From assembly GCA_905178155.1 (NCBI GenBank), contig CAJINV010000004.1:7818771-7882770 (forward strand): a stretch of DNA of 64,000 bases, read 5' to 3'. A model generated the notes under the pieces. That model worked only from the letters and a program-made list of their open reading frames with translations. It ran no database searches and was not told where the DNA came from. Of the stretch, positions 12,055 to 25,666 are shown piece after piece. Within the stretch, counting starts at the first letter, position 1. The number at the start of each line of letters is the position of its first letter. Source of the DNA: Amoebophrya sp. A120. Taxonomy: Eukaryota > Protista > Dinoflagellata. Position numbers and translations under genes: made by a program.

Positions 12055-13088
12055 CTGATGAAATTATAGTACAGATTTGGAGTTCTTATAGTACAGATTT
12101 GTTTATCACTAGGACTAGCACGACGCCGACCCGACGCCCACCCGCTGAGTGAATTCTTGACGGCGACATCAGAAGACGATTGGTCTCGCTTACTTTTGAG
12201 CCGCTAGGGGTCGTAATATTGAGTGGTTAATACGAACGGGCTTCCCGCCTCATCAGCGACAACAACAGAAAAAAATATCATGCTCGCGTCAGAGTTAATT
12301 TGAAATGAGTATAACTTTGGCAGTTCGACGAGCGTTTTTTCTAGGCGCGTGCTTTTGTCCTCCTCTCGTCGCCGTGTTCATCAGCAACCGAAATGGATGA
12401 GAGCCAATTTTTATAATCAGTTTTTTCAGAAGATGCACGAGGTTCTTTTCAAGGTCACAACATCTTTCCAGTATAATATCCGGCCGTTGCGCTGGCGCGT
12501 TTCAGACCTATCTTTGGCTGGAGAATTTGAAAATGAACAAGCCAGAGTTCATGTTCCAGGTTAGTAGTGCACAGTCCTTTTTGCAAGAAAGCTGCTGCAG
12601 ATCATCTTCTTGACGCCATTTCTACAATTCCGTTCTTAGTACCCGTACCGGCGTGATTTGAAGACAAAATTTCTGATTCTGGCAAGAAGTTAGTTTGGAT
12701 TCCTGCTTCCACGGAGCTCCAGCTTCTCCATCGATGGGATGTAAGTAGCTCTTTCTGATGATCCTTTCTTTTCAGCGACCTTTATTTCCGGCCTTGATTC
12801 ATTCAGGCTGTTTTTAGAAAGAGTTAGCTAAAGAAGTTCCTGAAGTGGTCTTCACGGAGTACCCTGAGTTTATGATTTCCGCAGACAGTAGTTGTAAATC
12901 ATCTTTTACCATCAACATTTGTCTCCCATCGGCTTTTTAGGATAAAAGTTGATTTCGCACGACACAAAAATCCGTACAGCAAGTAGCAGGTAATTTCGAA
13001 GAACAAAATAAGTCGAATCTTGAACACTTCATGAGCGCTCCTTCCGAGTGGTTCTCCCGACGAACCATTTCTACCGGTCCTGCCGACG

Positions 13089-16000
13089 ATGTCGGACGAC
13101 GACGGCAAAAAAGTTCCCAAGTCGGACGGCAGCCCTAGCCCTGAGACCACAGGACTGCTCCGCGGAGATGGTGCTCTTGGGAAGGACAAGGGCAAGGAGG
13201 CGGACTGGCTCAAAGAGTTGAAGGGAAAAATCCTCGGAAGTAAAGCAGCAAAAGGCAAAGGGAAACAAGATGACGGCAAAGGTGGACCACCTCCGCCAGA
13301 CTCCGATTCCGACCGGAGTGGGAAGAAAGGCGGGGGGAAGAAGGGAAAAGACGACTCCGACAGCGACGGCGGAAAATCAAAGGGGTTTCAGAAAGGAGGC
13401 GGTAAAAAGGGGAATAAAGGTGCTGAGAGTAGTGATGATGACAAGGGTCGTGCTGGAAAGGGTCCGCTCAAAGGGTCCGACAAAGGGATGAAAAGTAGTT
13501 ATAAGGGTAGCGACAAAGATAATAAAGGTTGGAACTACGACAAAGATGGCGACAAAGGTAGTACTGGCAAAGGGACGAACAAGAAGTCCAGTGCTGTTGA
13601 CCAAAAGGGCGATAAGGATCATGGAAAAAATAAGGCTGGGATGAAAGATAAAGGCGGAGATTGGAACAAAGACAAAGGTGGCAACTACAACAAATCTTCG
13701 AAAGACCACAAAGAGGGAAAGAAAGAATCCGGAAATAAAGACATCAAAGGCAAGAAATCCTCCTCGGTTGATAAAGGAACAACATCAAAAACCACGACGG
13801 GCGAAAGCGCTGCGGACAGTAAGCTAAAAAATCTGCTGAGCAGCAAGCCGAAAAAAACGGCGCCGCCAAGCACACAGATCCAAACCAAGACGTCGTTCTC
13901 CACGTTTGTCGAGGAGCAAGATGTAGTGGCAACTACTGATAAGCAACCTGCGTCGAAAATAGAAGACCAAGAATTCCTTCCTGTGTTTGATAAGAAGAAC
14001 GACAAGTGGATTCATGTGAAGAACGAAAAGTACAGAGGAAATAAGTCCCCTTCCCCAGTCCGAAACGACCGCAGCGGGTATAATCGGCAGGACGACAGGA
14101 CGAAAGGCGATGAACAACAACATCAAAAAGGGACGAATAAGAATAGAAACCGCGACCGTCCCGGCCGGCGCAGCAACAGCCGCGGTAGAAGAGACAACTA
14201 CACTAAAAACCGCGGAAAAAACAACACTCGAGGGGACAGAAGCATCCGCCGTGGAGGCACGAACTACGGTAGCAATTACGACCAGGACGACAAGGACGAA
14301 GATATAGTCACAACTTCCAAGCGGGATAGAAGTGATAGTCGCAGGAGGAGCAGGAGAAACAACTACAAGGGACGAGATGACGACCACGCCTGGAATAAAG
14401 GCAGCAGTAGTAGCGGCAAAAATTGGGACGACAAGAGTTATAACGTCGACCAAGATTCAGAGTGGAACAACAGACAAGACCAAAATGACCAAGCTGCAGA
14501 AGAAAAAACCACTGCTTTGGCAGCTGTCGTGGACCACGACGAGAAGAAACAGGATGAAAACTGGGACGATATCCTGTGCAAAAGTATCGTACTCGTATAT
14601 GTAAATGCATTATAAATTTCCCTAGCATGAGAAATAAAAACTTGTCATGCGGATTTACCCTAAGAAAAAAATTTGTAATGCATGAATGCAATTACTACGA
14701 GTACGATAGTTTTGCACAGGATAGACGAGGAGGAGCAGCAACCTTTGGTCCTCGAGGTAAAAGCCGAACCCAGTATCAAATGCAAATATGTCTGGGTCTG
14801 GAAGAGTGCCAGGTTTGTCATGCAGGTTTTCCATGACCCATGAGGTCTGGCATGTAGGACATAGCATGACAGATTCTGTGAGAGTTCCATCATGCCTATT
14901 CTGCATGAGAAACTGCCTCTCGATTAGGTCAAAAGTGGACAGTGTTTGGCAATCATGCAACACAGATTTTTACATGTTATTCAGACTTAGCATGACAAGT
15001 TGCATCCATCCAGACCCCGACGTATTTGCATTTGATACCCAGAGACATCGTGGTCGAGTTGGAGAAGGCGTGTCGGCTGGTGCTGAAGCCCTCGGCCGAC
15101 GGAGACGAGTTATGCAAGAAAAAAACTGTCTTAGTGTAACTTTCTTTGCCCGACAGCATTACAGATTTGCTCTACATGATAGAGAAAACCTGTCATGCGT
15201 GGCTTGTAAGGGAAAACACACATGGAAAGAGGGCTTCATGGCTGTCTGGCATGACAGGCGCAACTCTCTTGCATGTTCTGCATTACAGAGTTACACTTAC
15301 ACCGTTTTTTTCCTGGATACGAGTTCCGCCGCATTTACTCCGCGCAAATCGAGGTGATCGCGGACATTTGGGAGGAGGACGTGGTGCCGAACGCGAAAAA
15401 AGTGGACAAGTGGCTGAAAGAAGTGGTCAAGCCCATGCGCGCCGAAATCGACCGTTTGACGAAGCGCATGGCCTTAAACCCTTCCAGCACGCCGCCGCAG
15501 GAAAACGAGGGAATGTTCCAAAATTTGCGGCCCTTGATCCATTCCGTCGACATGCTGATCCGGAGGGTATTGGAACTATTTTAAAGCGGATTTGGATGCT
15601 GTTTTGTGAAGATTGGTTTCATGATTCGTAGTAATAAGTAGTTTCTCTGGGTCGTATGCAAGATTGAGATTCAGATTTCGATTGATTGAGAAATGACGTT
15701 TTCCATGTGAGATTATAGTTTATGTATGCAATTCCCACCACTATTAAACACAGCGAGTAAAGGAAGACCGAGACAAGGCCAAAGTGCTGGCCCAGCAAAT
15801 CTCTTCGCACGTGGCAACTTACATCCTGTACGCGATCCACTTTAACCCCGATCCGGATCAGCATCAGTACGCAATCACGAAAGCCAAAGACTGGCTGGGA
15901 AACGTCTGGTACGGAGGAGATTGCAGTAGATGACTTCTGTTTTTTGCACGTCTTTTTGTTTTGGTCGACGCCTGCACCAAGGACGGGGTCCGTTCGATGT

Positions 16001-19000
16001 GTTCGATTTTTCTCCATCTACTTATCAAAACCTTTATTCAGGTTTATGTTCGACAGTCGCAAGATCGTGGACGCGGTAAAGGCGGCTACGCCGAACAAGG
16101 TGGACATTACCAGCGTCGTTCCCGTATGAACTGCAAAGGTATCGTACTAGTAGCAATTGCAATACAAATTAGCTCAGCATGACAAAGGGAGTTTGTCATG
16201 CTGTTTTGCCTTGCGATTGAGATTTGTAATGCATGACTGCGATTACTACGAGTGCGATACTTTTGCACAGGATACCCCGACGACGTCTGGAAACGAATCT
16301 CCACGAAGGTGCACGGCCGAAGGTCATCTTATGCCTTGCAAATATGTCTGGGTCTGGACCATTGAAACTTGTGATGCGAAGTCTACTACACTGTGAAAAA
16401 CTACTGTGTTGCAACATGATTGCCAAATTTAAAGTCGTCCACTTTTGACCATATGTTGCGAAGTAGAGGTTTTTTCTCGTGCAGGATATTAGGCATGAGA
16501 AAGATCTCACTGAATCTGTCATGCTATGGAAGCTACAGCCCAGACCTGCCAACATGGGTCGTCATGGAGTACTAAAATCTGCATGACAAAAATCTTCCAG
16601 CGGTGGATCCAGACACGACATTATATTTGCAATTGATACATCTTCCGGCGCCGCGGCCCACGTGGACAACACCGGGAGTGTGCGCGGCCTTCCCAGTGCG
16701 CATATAACCGGGAGTAGTGCGGATGTCGCAGCAGGAGCTGCACCTAAGAAGTCACACTTTGACACGGTGGAGGAGGAGCAGCAGCGAAACCTCGCGAGAT
16801 TGAGGGCAGCGACGGAGCGGAAAAAGGAGGAGATACGGCTTCAACAGGAGCTAGATGAGCTGAATGAACGTGCAGAGAAACAGCGCCAGGAGCGCGAAGA
16901 GAAGGCCCGCCAGAAAAAGGAACGAGAAAGGGAGGAAAAAGCCGCGGCGAAGGAGCGGAAACGGCAGGCGAAGAGAGAGAGGAAACTACTACGAGCGGCT
17001 AATATCGAAGCAGGCGCAGGAACATCAAACAAGTCCAGGTCGCGGGAGAGGGGAAGCACTAGCAAAACGGGGTCGAAGAATCAGGATTGGAACGACAGTC
17101 CCGTGAAAATGGTCGGGGAAGGGGAGTGGGCGGAGGGGGGTGAAGAAGGTGGGAAGAGTGATAAACTTGATGTTCCAGGAGTAGACCACCATGCGGGAGG
17201 AGGTGTTGTAAACAATAAGAACACCGGCACCGGGACGTCCTCTTCGAACGCAAGTAGCAGCTCCAGTGACAACGAATTGGACGAACTGGCCCCGGACATG
17301 CCGAAGCAGTGGCGGACTTTCGTGCAGCGCGCGACGAAAGATGTGGAGCTTTCGGAAGACAATATCTCCGACGAAGACGCCCGGGCCGTGATCGCGCAGG
17401 AGAAGGCGGACAGACTGCGCGCAAAAAAGAGGAAGAAGGGCATCGAGACGCCACCGCCAGAGGAAGCAGCTGCCGAGCAGCCAGTAGCACCCGTTGACGA
17501 TCAATCCACTTTGCAGCAAATAAACGTCGGGGCGGGCCCACCGACACTAAAACCCTTGCAGCTTCCGATAGGAACGCCCTCGAATGTTGGCAACCTGGTC
17601 GCGCCACTGGTCTCAGGAGTGAGAGCAGCGACCAACCTCCCTGGCGCGGCGGTAACCTCCGGCGGGCAGCAGCTCCACCAGCATGGCGGTGGTATGATAC
17701 CACCGCTGCTGCCAACATCAAATTTGCTGCCATTTGGTACAGCTACGTTAATGCCTAACCTAGCCGGAACGATGCAGATGGGTGGAAGTACTAGCAGCAG
17801 TAGTACTAAGGGCAGTGGTTTCAATATTCCGAACGGTAATATGCCAAACAACATGGTCCTGCCAGGGGGCAGTGGCGCCGCGACACAAGTACAAATGGCC
17901 GCGCAGCAGAAATCGTTAATGGACCAGATAGCTGCACAGCAGTCGCAGTTGCTGAAACAGCTTATGGGCAACAAGCAAGGAGGAGGTGCAGGTCCTCCGG
18001 GCATCACTGCGGTTGGCGGCACCGACGGAAGTGTCTCGAAGCCGAGTTACTGGTGGTGCGGAAACTGCAACTACATTTATCAAATGTAAAAATGTCTGGG
18101 TCTGGAAGATTCTGAGACTTGTCATGCATGTTTTGTATTGGCCATGATGTCTGTGATGCATGCCCTAGCACCACAGATTTTTTGAGGGCTTCGCGATGCC
18201 TATTCCGCATGACAAATGCCCTCTCCGCGTAGCAAAAATTGCGTTCCCTTTGCTACTCATGCAATACAGATTTTTTTGGAATCCAAATTCAGCATCACAA
18301 GTTGCATTCTTCCAGACCCAGACATTTTTACATTTGATATCATTGTCTACCACACCATTCACCCCGACCACTGGCACGGCACCCACTGTATGGATTGTAA
18401 AAATGTCTGGGTCTGGAAGCTTGGAACTTGTAATGCTAGCTTTCCATACCTAGAAAATCTGTATTGCATAACTAACAAAAGTCGCAGCCTCTTTTGTCAT
18501 GCAAAAACGCAGTTTCTCATGCGGATTGCCTATGAGAAAGCGTTTTGGGAAGTTGTCATGCCGGACTGCATTCGGAAGTGTTTTCATCATGCACATTTTA
18601 GCATCACAAGTTTCCAGACCCAGACATTTTTGCAGTTCATACACTGCAGTAAATGCCAAACCCCGCGTGAGGAGGTAGAGGCCATGATACCGCCCCAACG
18701 GCGAGAAACCGCGGAAAGAAACCTCTGGCAAGAGTGGAAAACGCCGCATAGGACCTTCCGGAATCCTCCGTGGTTGCGAAAGTACGTGCCTCCCGGGAGC
18801 GCTGGGTCGACGTCGTCCCAGCAAGGGGTATCAAATACCAGTGCCGGAGCTCCTCCGATGAACCCCAATATGTTCACCTCCCAACAAAATCGGAACTACG
18901 ACTTGGCGCAGTTTAATAGTAACACCGGCAACATGAACATCAACCCCTCTTCCGGTGGCTCATTTCATTCTGTCGGAGATCGTGCAGGAGCAATTGGCAA

Positions 19001-22000
19001 ACACTTTGGAGGTCCAACATCTCAACAAGCAGCGATGAACAACTTCCAGCAACAGCAGCCTAATCAGTACGACAGCAACAATGTAGTTCCTACTTCCCAA
19101 AGAAACCCAAACGCCGGCGCCCCTTTTTCTCAACAACATCTTCCCTACGACACCAACACCAGTGCTGCACTGGACGCGGGCCATAGACTGTCACAGGATC
19201 ATTTCCAAGACATTTCGCCGATCCCTCCCCCACCCCCGGAGGAGGGCGTATGCACTGCAAATATGTCCGGGTCTGGGAGGATGCAGCTTTTCATGCTAAA
19301 TCTGGATCATGTAAATATTTGTGTTGCATGATTACCAAAAGCTGTCCATTTTTGACCAAGTTGGGAGTGAGTTTCTCATGCAGGAGAGGCATGGTAGAGA
19401 TCTCACAGAATCTGTCATGCTAGATCCCGCATTGCAGACCTGATGCGTCATGTTGAACCTGCATGAGAAGTCCTATAATCTTCCAGACCTAGACATATTT
19501 GCATTGGATAGGACGACGACGGGGACAATCACGAACTCTCGCAGGACATGGAGATTAGCGAGGCAGTAGTAGATATCAAATGTAAAAATGTCTGGGTCTG
19601 GAAGAGTCATGCTGTTTTTGCATGACACAGCAGGTCTGGCATGGAAGCTCTAGCATCACAGGTTTCGAAAAGCTTCCGCAATGCTGAACCCGCATGAGAA
19701 ATCCCCCATTTTGGTGACAGAAAGCGGGCAGCTTTTGCTACCTATGCATGAGAGATTTTTCTGTGTTCTAGAATGCGCATCACAAGTTCAGATCCTTCCA
19801 GACCCGGACATTTTTGCGATTCATAGTAGAGAAAAAGCCCGACGAAGAACCCGACCGCGCTCTCCCTATCGACCCCGACCTCCCGGAGGAGTGCCAGATG
19901 TCGTACTGGCTGAAGAAAGGCGACCTGGCTCTGCCCCAGGAGCAGGACACCCTGCAGGAGGTGATCGAGAAAAACGACAACCGGGACGTCCAACTTTTAT
20001 TCAAAAGCGCCAGTCCCAAGGCGGGAGCGATGCCAAAGAGTGCAGCTGGGCCGCTTTCCTACTCCGCGACGTCGAGAGACTCCTACGTCCCGCCACCGCC
20101 GCCACCTCCGCCCGTGGAGGAAAATAATAGTACCGGGGCTGAGATGTTTGACCCCAGTGCGCCACCCGCGGTCTCCTCCTCGGAGAATAAGGTACATGGT
20201 GGGGCTTCACAAATAATCGTGATTTTGTTTTTTTTTTCTGGAAGTTTTACATGACAGACTACACGTAGAAGTGCTTTTCGAGTTTTTTCTTCTACCTAGC
20301 TGCAGTTATGGTACAGCAACTTCTACAGGAACCACTACTGTAAAAATTCGCTCTACAAGCATAATTACACAAGACCCCAGTCGATTGAAACGTTTAAAAC
20401 ATCATCACGACACTGACACTCGTACAAAACATATAAACAGATGGAGAATAAAGAAGCTTTATTTCCCAAGTCTGCGGGCATGAAACCATCTTCTGCTTCG
20501 ACCAGTAATTTTCCTCACGAAGATGATCTTCGACGCAGAGGTCAGACGAATAACAGAATGCCACAAAAACTACCTCCTGGAACCAGAGGAGGACCTCCTA
20601 GCCGCCGCGCAGAGCATTCGAGGGACAGGAAAAAGCACTCCCGTGGTCCTCGGCGGGACCATTCCCGCGGGGCAGGACGCCGGGCAGTGGTACCACCAGC
20701 AGCGCGGAACAACAGCGACCGAGGGTCGTCGTACTACGAGCGGGGGCCCTTTGACAGCGACCGCCCGGGTGTGAGGCGAGACAAGAACCGGGATAATTTT
20801 TACGACCGCGGAGAAGCAGTTCATCCGGCGGGCAGAAATCAGCAACGGGGGCGCGACCACCAGTACGATCGGGAGCGACGGTACTAGAGAACTTAAAAAT
20901 GCTCTCTTCCTTCCTTCGCGATGAAAAAGAGAATCCAAATCGTGCTTTATTGTCCAGCGAGGGTTCTTGTATACAAGAAGCGCAGGTAGTTCATGGCTGG
21001 TTGGATGAAAGAAGCCTTAATTCGTCGATCGCGCACAACCATATTGAAATTTCTGTAACCTACTCAATGGCGGTAGAAGTAGATGTACTAGTTCAAATAT
21101 TAGTATTAGTCAAAACTCCTGCAACATCTACACACTACTACAACTGCTCAGGCGTGGAACTAGTGCTTCCGACGCTTCCCGCGGCCGGGATCGTGGTCAC
21201 GCCCCGGACGCCCGCCGCGATCGGGACCGAACGAGGACACCGCAACTAGAGATGATATCAAATGCAAAAATGTCTGGGTCTGGAAGAGTCGGGACTTGTC
21301 ATGCACATTTTGCATGACCCGTGAGGTCTGTGATGCTGGTGCTAGCATCACAGATTTTTTGAGAGCTTCTTGATGCTAATTACGCATGAGAAATTCCCTC
21401 TGCGCGTGCCAAGAACTGACTCCTCTTGCTGCTCATGCAACACAGATATTTTTAGAATCCGCAGACAGCATTACAAGTTGCATTCTTCCAGACCCAGACA
21501 TTTTTACATTTGATAGACGACGAACCCAAGCAACTACGGTACTAAACCGCAGAAGCCGCGCGACTATCAAATGTAAAAATGTCTGGGTCTGGAAGAATGC
21601 GCGATTTGTCATGCTTCTCTGGCATGACTCTTAAATCTGCCATGCAGGTTACCCAAGAGCCCCACTTTCCTATCATGCAAAAACGCAGTTTGTCATGCAG
21701 AATAGGCAACACCTAGATGCTCAGAAACTTGTCATGCTGAGCCAGCACTTATGGCTTCCTCATGATACGCCACCCAGCATCACAAGTTTCCAGACCCAGA
21801 CATTTTTACATTTGATAGTGACTACAATACTACCATGAGCTGCCTGCCCGACCGGTCCGACCGGCATCAGGTCGAAGCCGAGTTTAAGAAGCACATCCAG
21901 CGGCGCTTCCACGCGGACAGCCGAAAGCGGCAGCAGGAGCAGCGAACAGAGGCGTGGGGTGAGAACAAAGCGCGCAGAATTTTGGCAGTAACCAGGGACC

Positions 22001-24397
22001 GATTTTACGGCGTTGCGAACAGCAGTAGCGCCGGCAAGGTCAAAAGTGATGTTGAAGATGACCTGGAGCTTGAGAGAAAAAATCTTGGCGCACGGTACCG
22101 CGGCCCGATCGAGGATTATCTCAGTCCGGGAAATGCTGATGGAAACAAGAACAACGAGCCCTCCTCCTCCTCCAGCGGCACGCCGGCCATTGGGAAGTTG
22201 CAGGAGCTGAAAAATATGAAAGAGGCGAGGGAAAAGATTAAGGAGGCGATGATGTTGAAAGCGAAAAAGCGATCACGGGATATCCTGTGCAAAAGTATCG
22301 TATTCGTAGTAATCGTAGTCATGCATTACAAATCTCCTTAGCGACTTAAATCCGCATTACAAATTTCATTTTTCATGCTGAGAGAATTTGTCATGCGATT
22401 TCTACTAGTACGGTACCTTTGCAATTCATGCGGGAAGAAATGGAGGAAGATGAGGAAGATCGACATCCGTCCTTACCTATCAACTGTAAAAATGTCTGGG
22501 TCTGGAACATTCCGACACTTGTCATGCACGTTTTGCATGAGCCCTGATGTCTGTGATGCATGCCCTAGCATCACAGATTTTTTCGGAGCTTCTTGATGCC
22601 TATTCCGCATGACAAATGCCCTCTCCGCGTTGCATAAATTTCTTTTCTTTTGGTACTCATGCAATACAGATTTTTCTGGAATCCAAATGCAGCATGACAA
22701 GTTGCATTCTTCCAGACCCAGACATTTTTACATTTGATATTACCCAAGCGGCGCAGTGGCGGAAGTAAAAATAGTTCCCGCAAAAGCAAGAAGTCCAAGT
22801 CGCCCGCCGGGAGAAGCAGCAAAAAAGCAAGTAAGAAGAGCAAACACGAAGTAGATGAGGACCACGTGAATTCTCACGAGGGTCCTCCCGGGGAGCCAAG
22901 CGATCAGGAACAACTACACGGTTCGAAAGACCACAGGGGGAAGAAAAAGAAGAAAAGCAAAATCGAGAACAGCCGTGACAGCAACGACAACAAAATGATT
23001 GATGAGAACGAAGACAATATTACCGCTGCAAAGAAAATGAAAAAGAAATTAAAGAAGGAGAAAAAGCAGAGAAAGCTTCAGAACTGTGCCAACGATTTTT
23101 CCCTACAAGAAGACGAAAACCACGGGCCGCGAAGCGGTTCGTCCTCAAGTTCTTCCTTTCACGTTATGCATTGCAAATATGTCTGGGTCTGGAAGGTTGC
23201 AACTTGTCATGCTAATTTTGGATGGGGCAAATATCTGTGTTGCATGATTACCAAAAGCTGGCCACTTTTGGCCAAGCTGACATGGAGTTTTTCATGCAGA
23301 CGAGGCATGATAGAGGTCAGACACAATCTGTCATGCTGGGTCATGTATGACAGAACTCACGTGTCATGGAAAACCTGCATGACAAGTCTTCCAACCTTAC
23401 AGACCCAGACATATTTGCATTTGATACACGTCCAAGCGGAGCAACTTACCCCGAGGAGTAGCAGCAGTCACCACGACGTCGGGTCTTTTCGTCCGGTAGC
23501 GGCAAAAAATACTAGTGGGCAGTTTGCAATCCCCCCGGCTCCGCCCCTCGTCATCGCGGGGAGCGGATCATCGGTGCACCAGCAGCAGCAGCCAATGCTG
23601 CAACCTCGGAAAGACGCGGATTTCCGGCCGCCAGTGCCACCCGCCGGGTTTTCCACCATGCGGACGAACGGCGCGACGACCTACGGAAATTTGGAATTGA
23701 AGCCAAACCCCATGTACAGCTTTGACCACGAGCAGCAGCAGCCAGGGTCCTCGTCGGGACGGAATGGCGCCCTGCAGGGTTCTATGGATTGCAAAAATGT
23801 CTGGATCTGGAAGATTGCAACTTGTCATGCTAAATCCGAATCATGCAAAAATCTGTGTTGCATGAGTGCCAAAAGCTGTCCACTTTCGACCAAGCTGGGA
23901 TGAAGTTTCTCATGCAGGATAGGCATGAAAGAGACCTCACAGACTCTGTCATGCTAGGTCTCGCATTCCAGACCTCAAGGGTCATGGAAAACCCGCATGA
24001 CAAGTTTACACTCTTCCAGACCCAGACATTTTTGCATTTCATAGGTTCTTCGTTTCAAAAGGCAGCGCTGGTTTCAAGGGAAGAAGTTTTGCAGCGGGAA
24101 CAGCAGCAACAGTCGACGGTACTATAACCAGTTTTGATTTTTCAAAAAATGAAATCCGTGTAACGAACAGCATCATGCATGAGACGAGAACATTTGCCTG
24201 TGATGTTGCAATACAAATCTGCTACCTCAACCAAATCAATACAGGTCCTCGTGAAGGAGGCGCGATCCAAGGCGCCGGTATTACTACCGCCGCCAAAGGA
24301 TGTTTTGAGCTCTTCCGAAAGCGAGAAAGAGGGCAAGCCGGATATTCAGAAGGAAACGGAGGTTGCCCGGCAAGCTGTGGATTACGAGGATTTGTGA
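13089..24397 (+). CDS. Large (~2,230 aa) K/G/R-rich protein with putative CTD-interacting-like helical domain and C4 zinc finger; 21 exons predicted
   Basis: Frame is continuous after removing 15 introners and 5 GT-AG introns (15567..15753, 15909..16041, 20192..20440, 20881..21151, 24119..24244). LRPLIHSVDMLIRR...DWLGNVWFMF resembles a CID; WWCGNCNY...HCSKCQTPR resembles a RanBP2-type finger. Could be more than one gene. Confidence 0.6.
14570..14723. mobile_element. Introner family B
   Basis: TIR tatcctgtgcaaaagtatcgtactcgta ... tacgagtacgatagttttgcacaggata; direct repeat GACGA. Confidence 0.92.
14774..15037. mobile_element. Introner family A
   Basis: Family A TIRs; direct repeat CCCAG. Confidence 0.92.
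15111..15319. mobile_element. Introner family F
   Basis: tatgcaagaaaaaaactgtcttagtgtaac ... gttacacttacaccgttttttttcctggata; direct repeat CGAGT. Confidence 0.85.
16125..16274. mobile_element. Introner family B
   Basis: Family B TIRs; direct repeat TCCCG/CCCCG. Confidence 0.88.
16330..16638. mobile_element. Introner family A (longer, diverged)
   Basis: Family A TIRs; direct repeat CATCT. Confidence 0.88.
18078..18339. mobile_element. Introner family A
   Basis: Family A TIRs; direct repeat ACATT/TCATT; opposite orientation to the copy at 2279. Confidence 0.92.
18389..18641. mobile_element. Introner family A
   Basis: Family A TIRs; direct repeat CACTG; splits a zinc-finger Cys codon. Confidence 0.92.
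19249..19510. mobile_element. Introner family A
   Basis: Family A TIRs; direct repeat GGGCG/GGACG. Confidence 0.9.
19574..19825. mobile_element. Introner family A
   Basis: Family A TIRs; direct repeat GTAGA. Confidence 0.92.
21256..21515. mobile_element. Introner family A
   Basis: Family A TIRs; direct repeat GATGA/GACGA. Confidence 0.9.
21565..21817. mobile_element. Introner family A
   Basis: Family A TIRs; direct repeat GCGAC/GTGAC. Confidence 0.9.
22281..22430. mobile_element. Introner family B
   Basis: Family B TIRs, ends ATG; direct repeat CGGGA. Confidence 0.88.
22478..22739. mobile_element. Introner family A
   Basis: Family A TIRs; direct repeat TTACC. Confidence 0.92.
23165..23426. 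mobile_element. Introner family A
   Basis: Family A TIRs; direct repeat CACGT. Confidence 0.92.
23783..24043. mobile_element. Introner family A
   Basis: Family A TIRs; direct repeat GGTTC. Confidence 0.92.
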
Positions 24398-25408
24398 TAC
24401 TGGAACTATCGTGAACGATAGTAGAGGATTTGCAAATGTTTAGAGTGTTTGAGCGGCACCTTTAAAACGAGGAATCAAACTTAATCCAGTTTCAAAAGTT
24501 CTTTCAGTGCCGAACATCGAAGTTGCATCTTCTCGCCGGTAAGACCCAGAATAGTAGGCTCTACTATGTTTAACTTAATATTCGGTAAAAATTTACCCAA
24601 ACGCATGTATCGAAAGATAAAATGAAATGCTATCTTCCCGAGGCGACAACTGACAAAAACGTAGTTGATGACGACAAAAAGTAAAAAGTACTGCACTTCT
24701 GCTAGAAGTTCTGACCCCATTCATATGTCTCTTCGAACTTCATCTGAACAAGAGCAACTTTGCGCGCGACTAATATTTCCGAGAAAAATTTGATTTCTGC
24801 CAAAAACCCAATTCACGACCAGTTTGTTTCTATTTTCTCTACGATTCGCGACCCTGGTTTTTCACCCTGATAGAGAAAGAGCGACCCGCGACCCTGATTG
24901 TTCAGCCTGATGGCAACGAAACAGAAGTTGAGATGAGGAGTTTTGAGAAACAAAGAGTGATGCTTACTGTTCACTAGGTAGTCGCTCTTTGCTTTCTTAT
25001 CTCTGCTTGTTACGCTTTATCATTTGACACAGGACCTCCTTTTGACAAATTACGAGTGACAAAATCATCCCGTTTATTGTTTTCGCTCACGATCGCAACA
25101 CAAAGGAGCCATTCGTTGTAGATGTAAAACGGTGTCTTTCTAGTGTCTCTGTGTTGTCGCAAGCACGATCCAGCATGACCCGACAGTCCGGCCCTTAGTA
25201 AAAAAAGTATGGGAGGGCTGACACCTTGTTTCCAGGAACGAGTGTCGGAAATATCACACGTGGACGACCCTTCAAATTCCGTCCCCAAAAGTTCTGATGC
25301 GCGCTTTCGAAGAAGAGCTAAGACGAAGCGTAGCTGCACGGGGAAATACTAACCACACCGGCCTCGATCAACTGCTTCTGTGGGTGCTTCTCGGGCCGTT
25401 TCTAGTCG

Positions 25409-25666
25409 TATCAAATGTAAAAATGTCCGGGTCTGGAAATTTGTGATGCTGGGTGGCGTATCACGAGGAGGCCGCAAGAGCTGGCCCAGCGTGACAAGTT
25501 TTTGAGCTTCTAGGTGTTGCCTATTCTGCATGACAAACTGCGTTTCTGCATGACAGAAAAGGGGGGCTCTTGGGTAACAGGCATGGCAGATTTGAGAGTC
25601 ATGCTAGACAAGCATGAGCATGGCAAACATACATTCTTCCAGACCCAGACATGTTTGCAGTTGATA
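25409..25666. mobile_element. Family A element outside any identifiable CDS
   Basis: Family A TIRs; direct repeat AGTCG/ACTCG; no convincing host ORF. Confidence 0.88.

Noticed and set aside
15273-15584. Stop at 15584 as a gene end
   Set aside because: A GT-AG intron 15567..15753 continues the frame into further coding-like exons; not fully excluded without RNA data.
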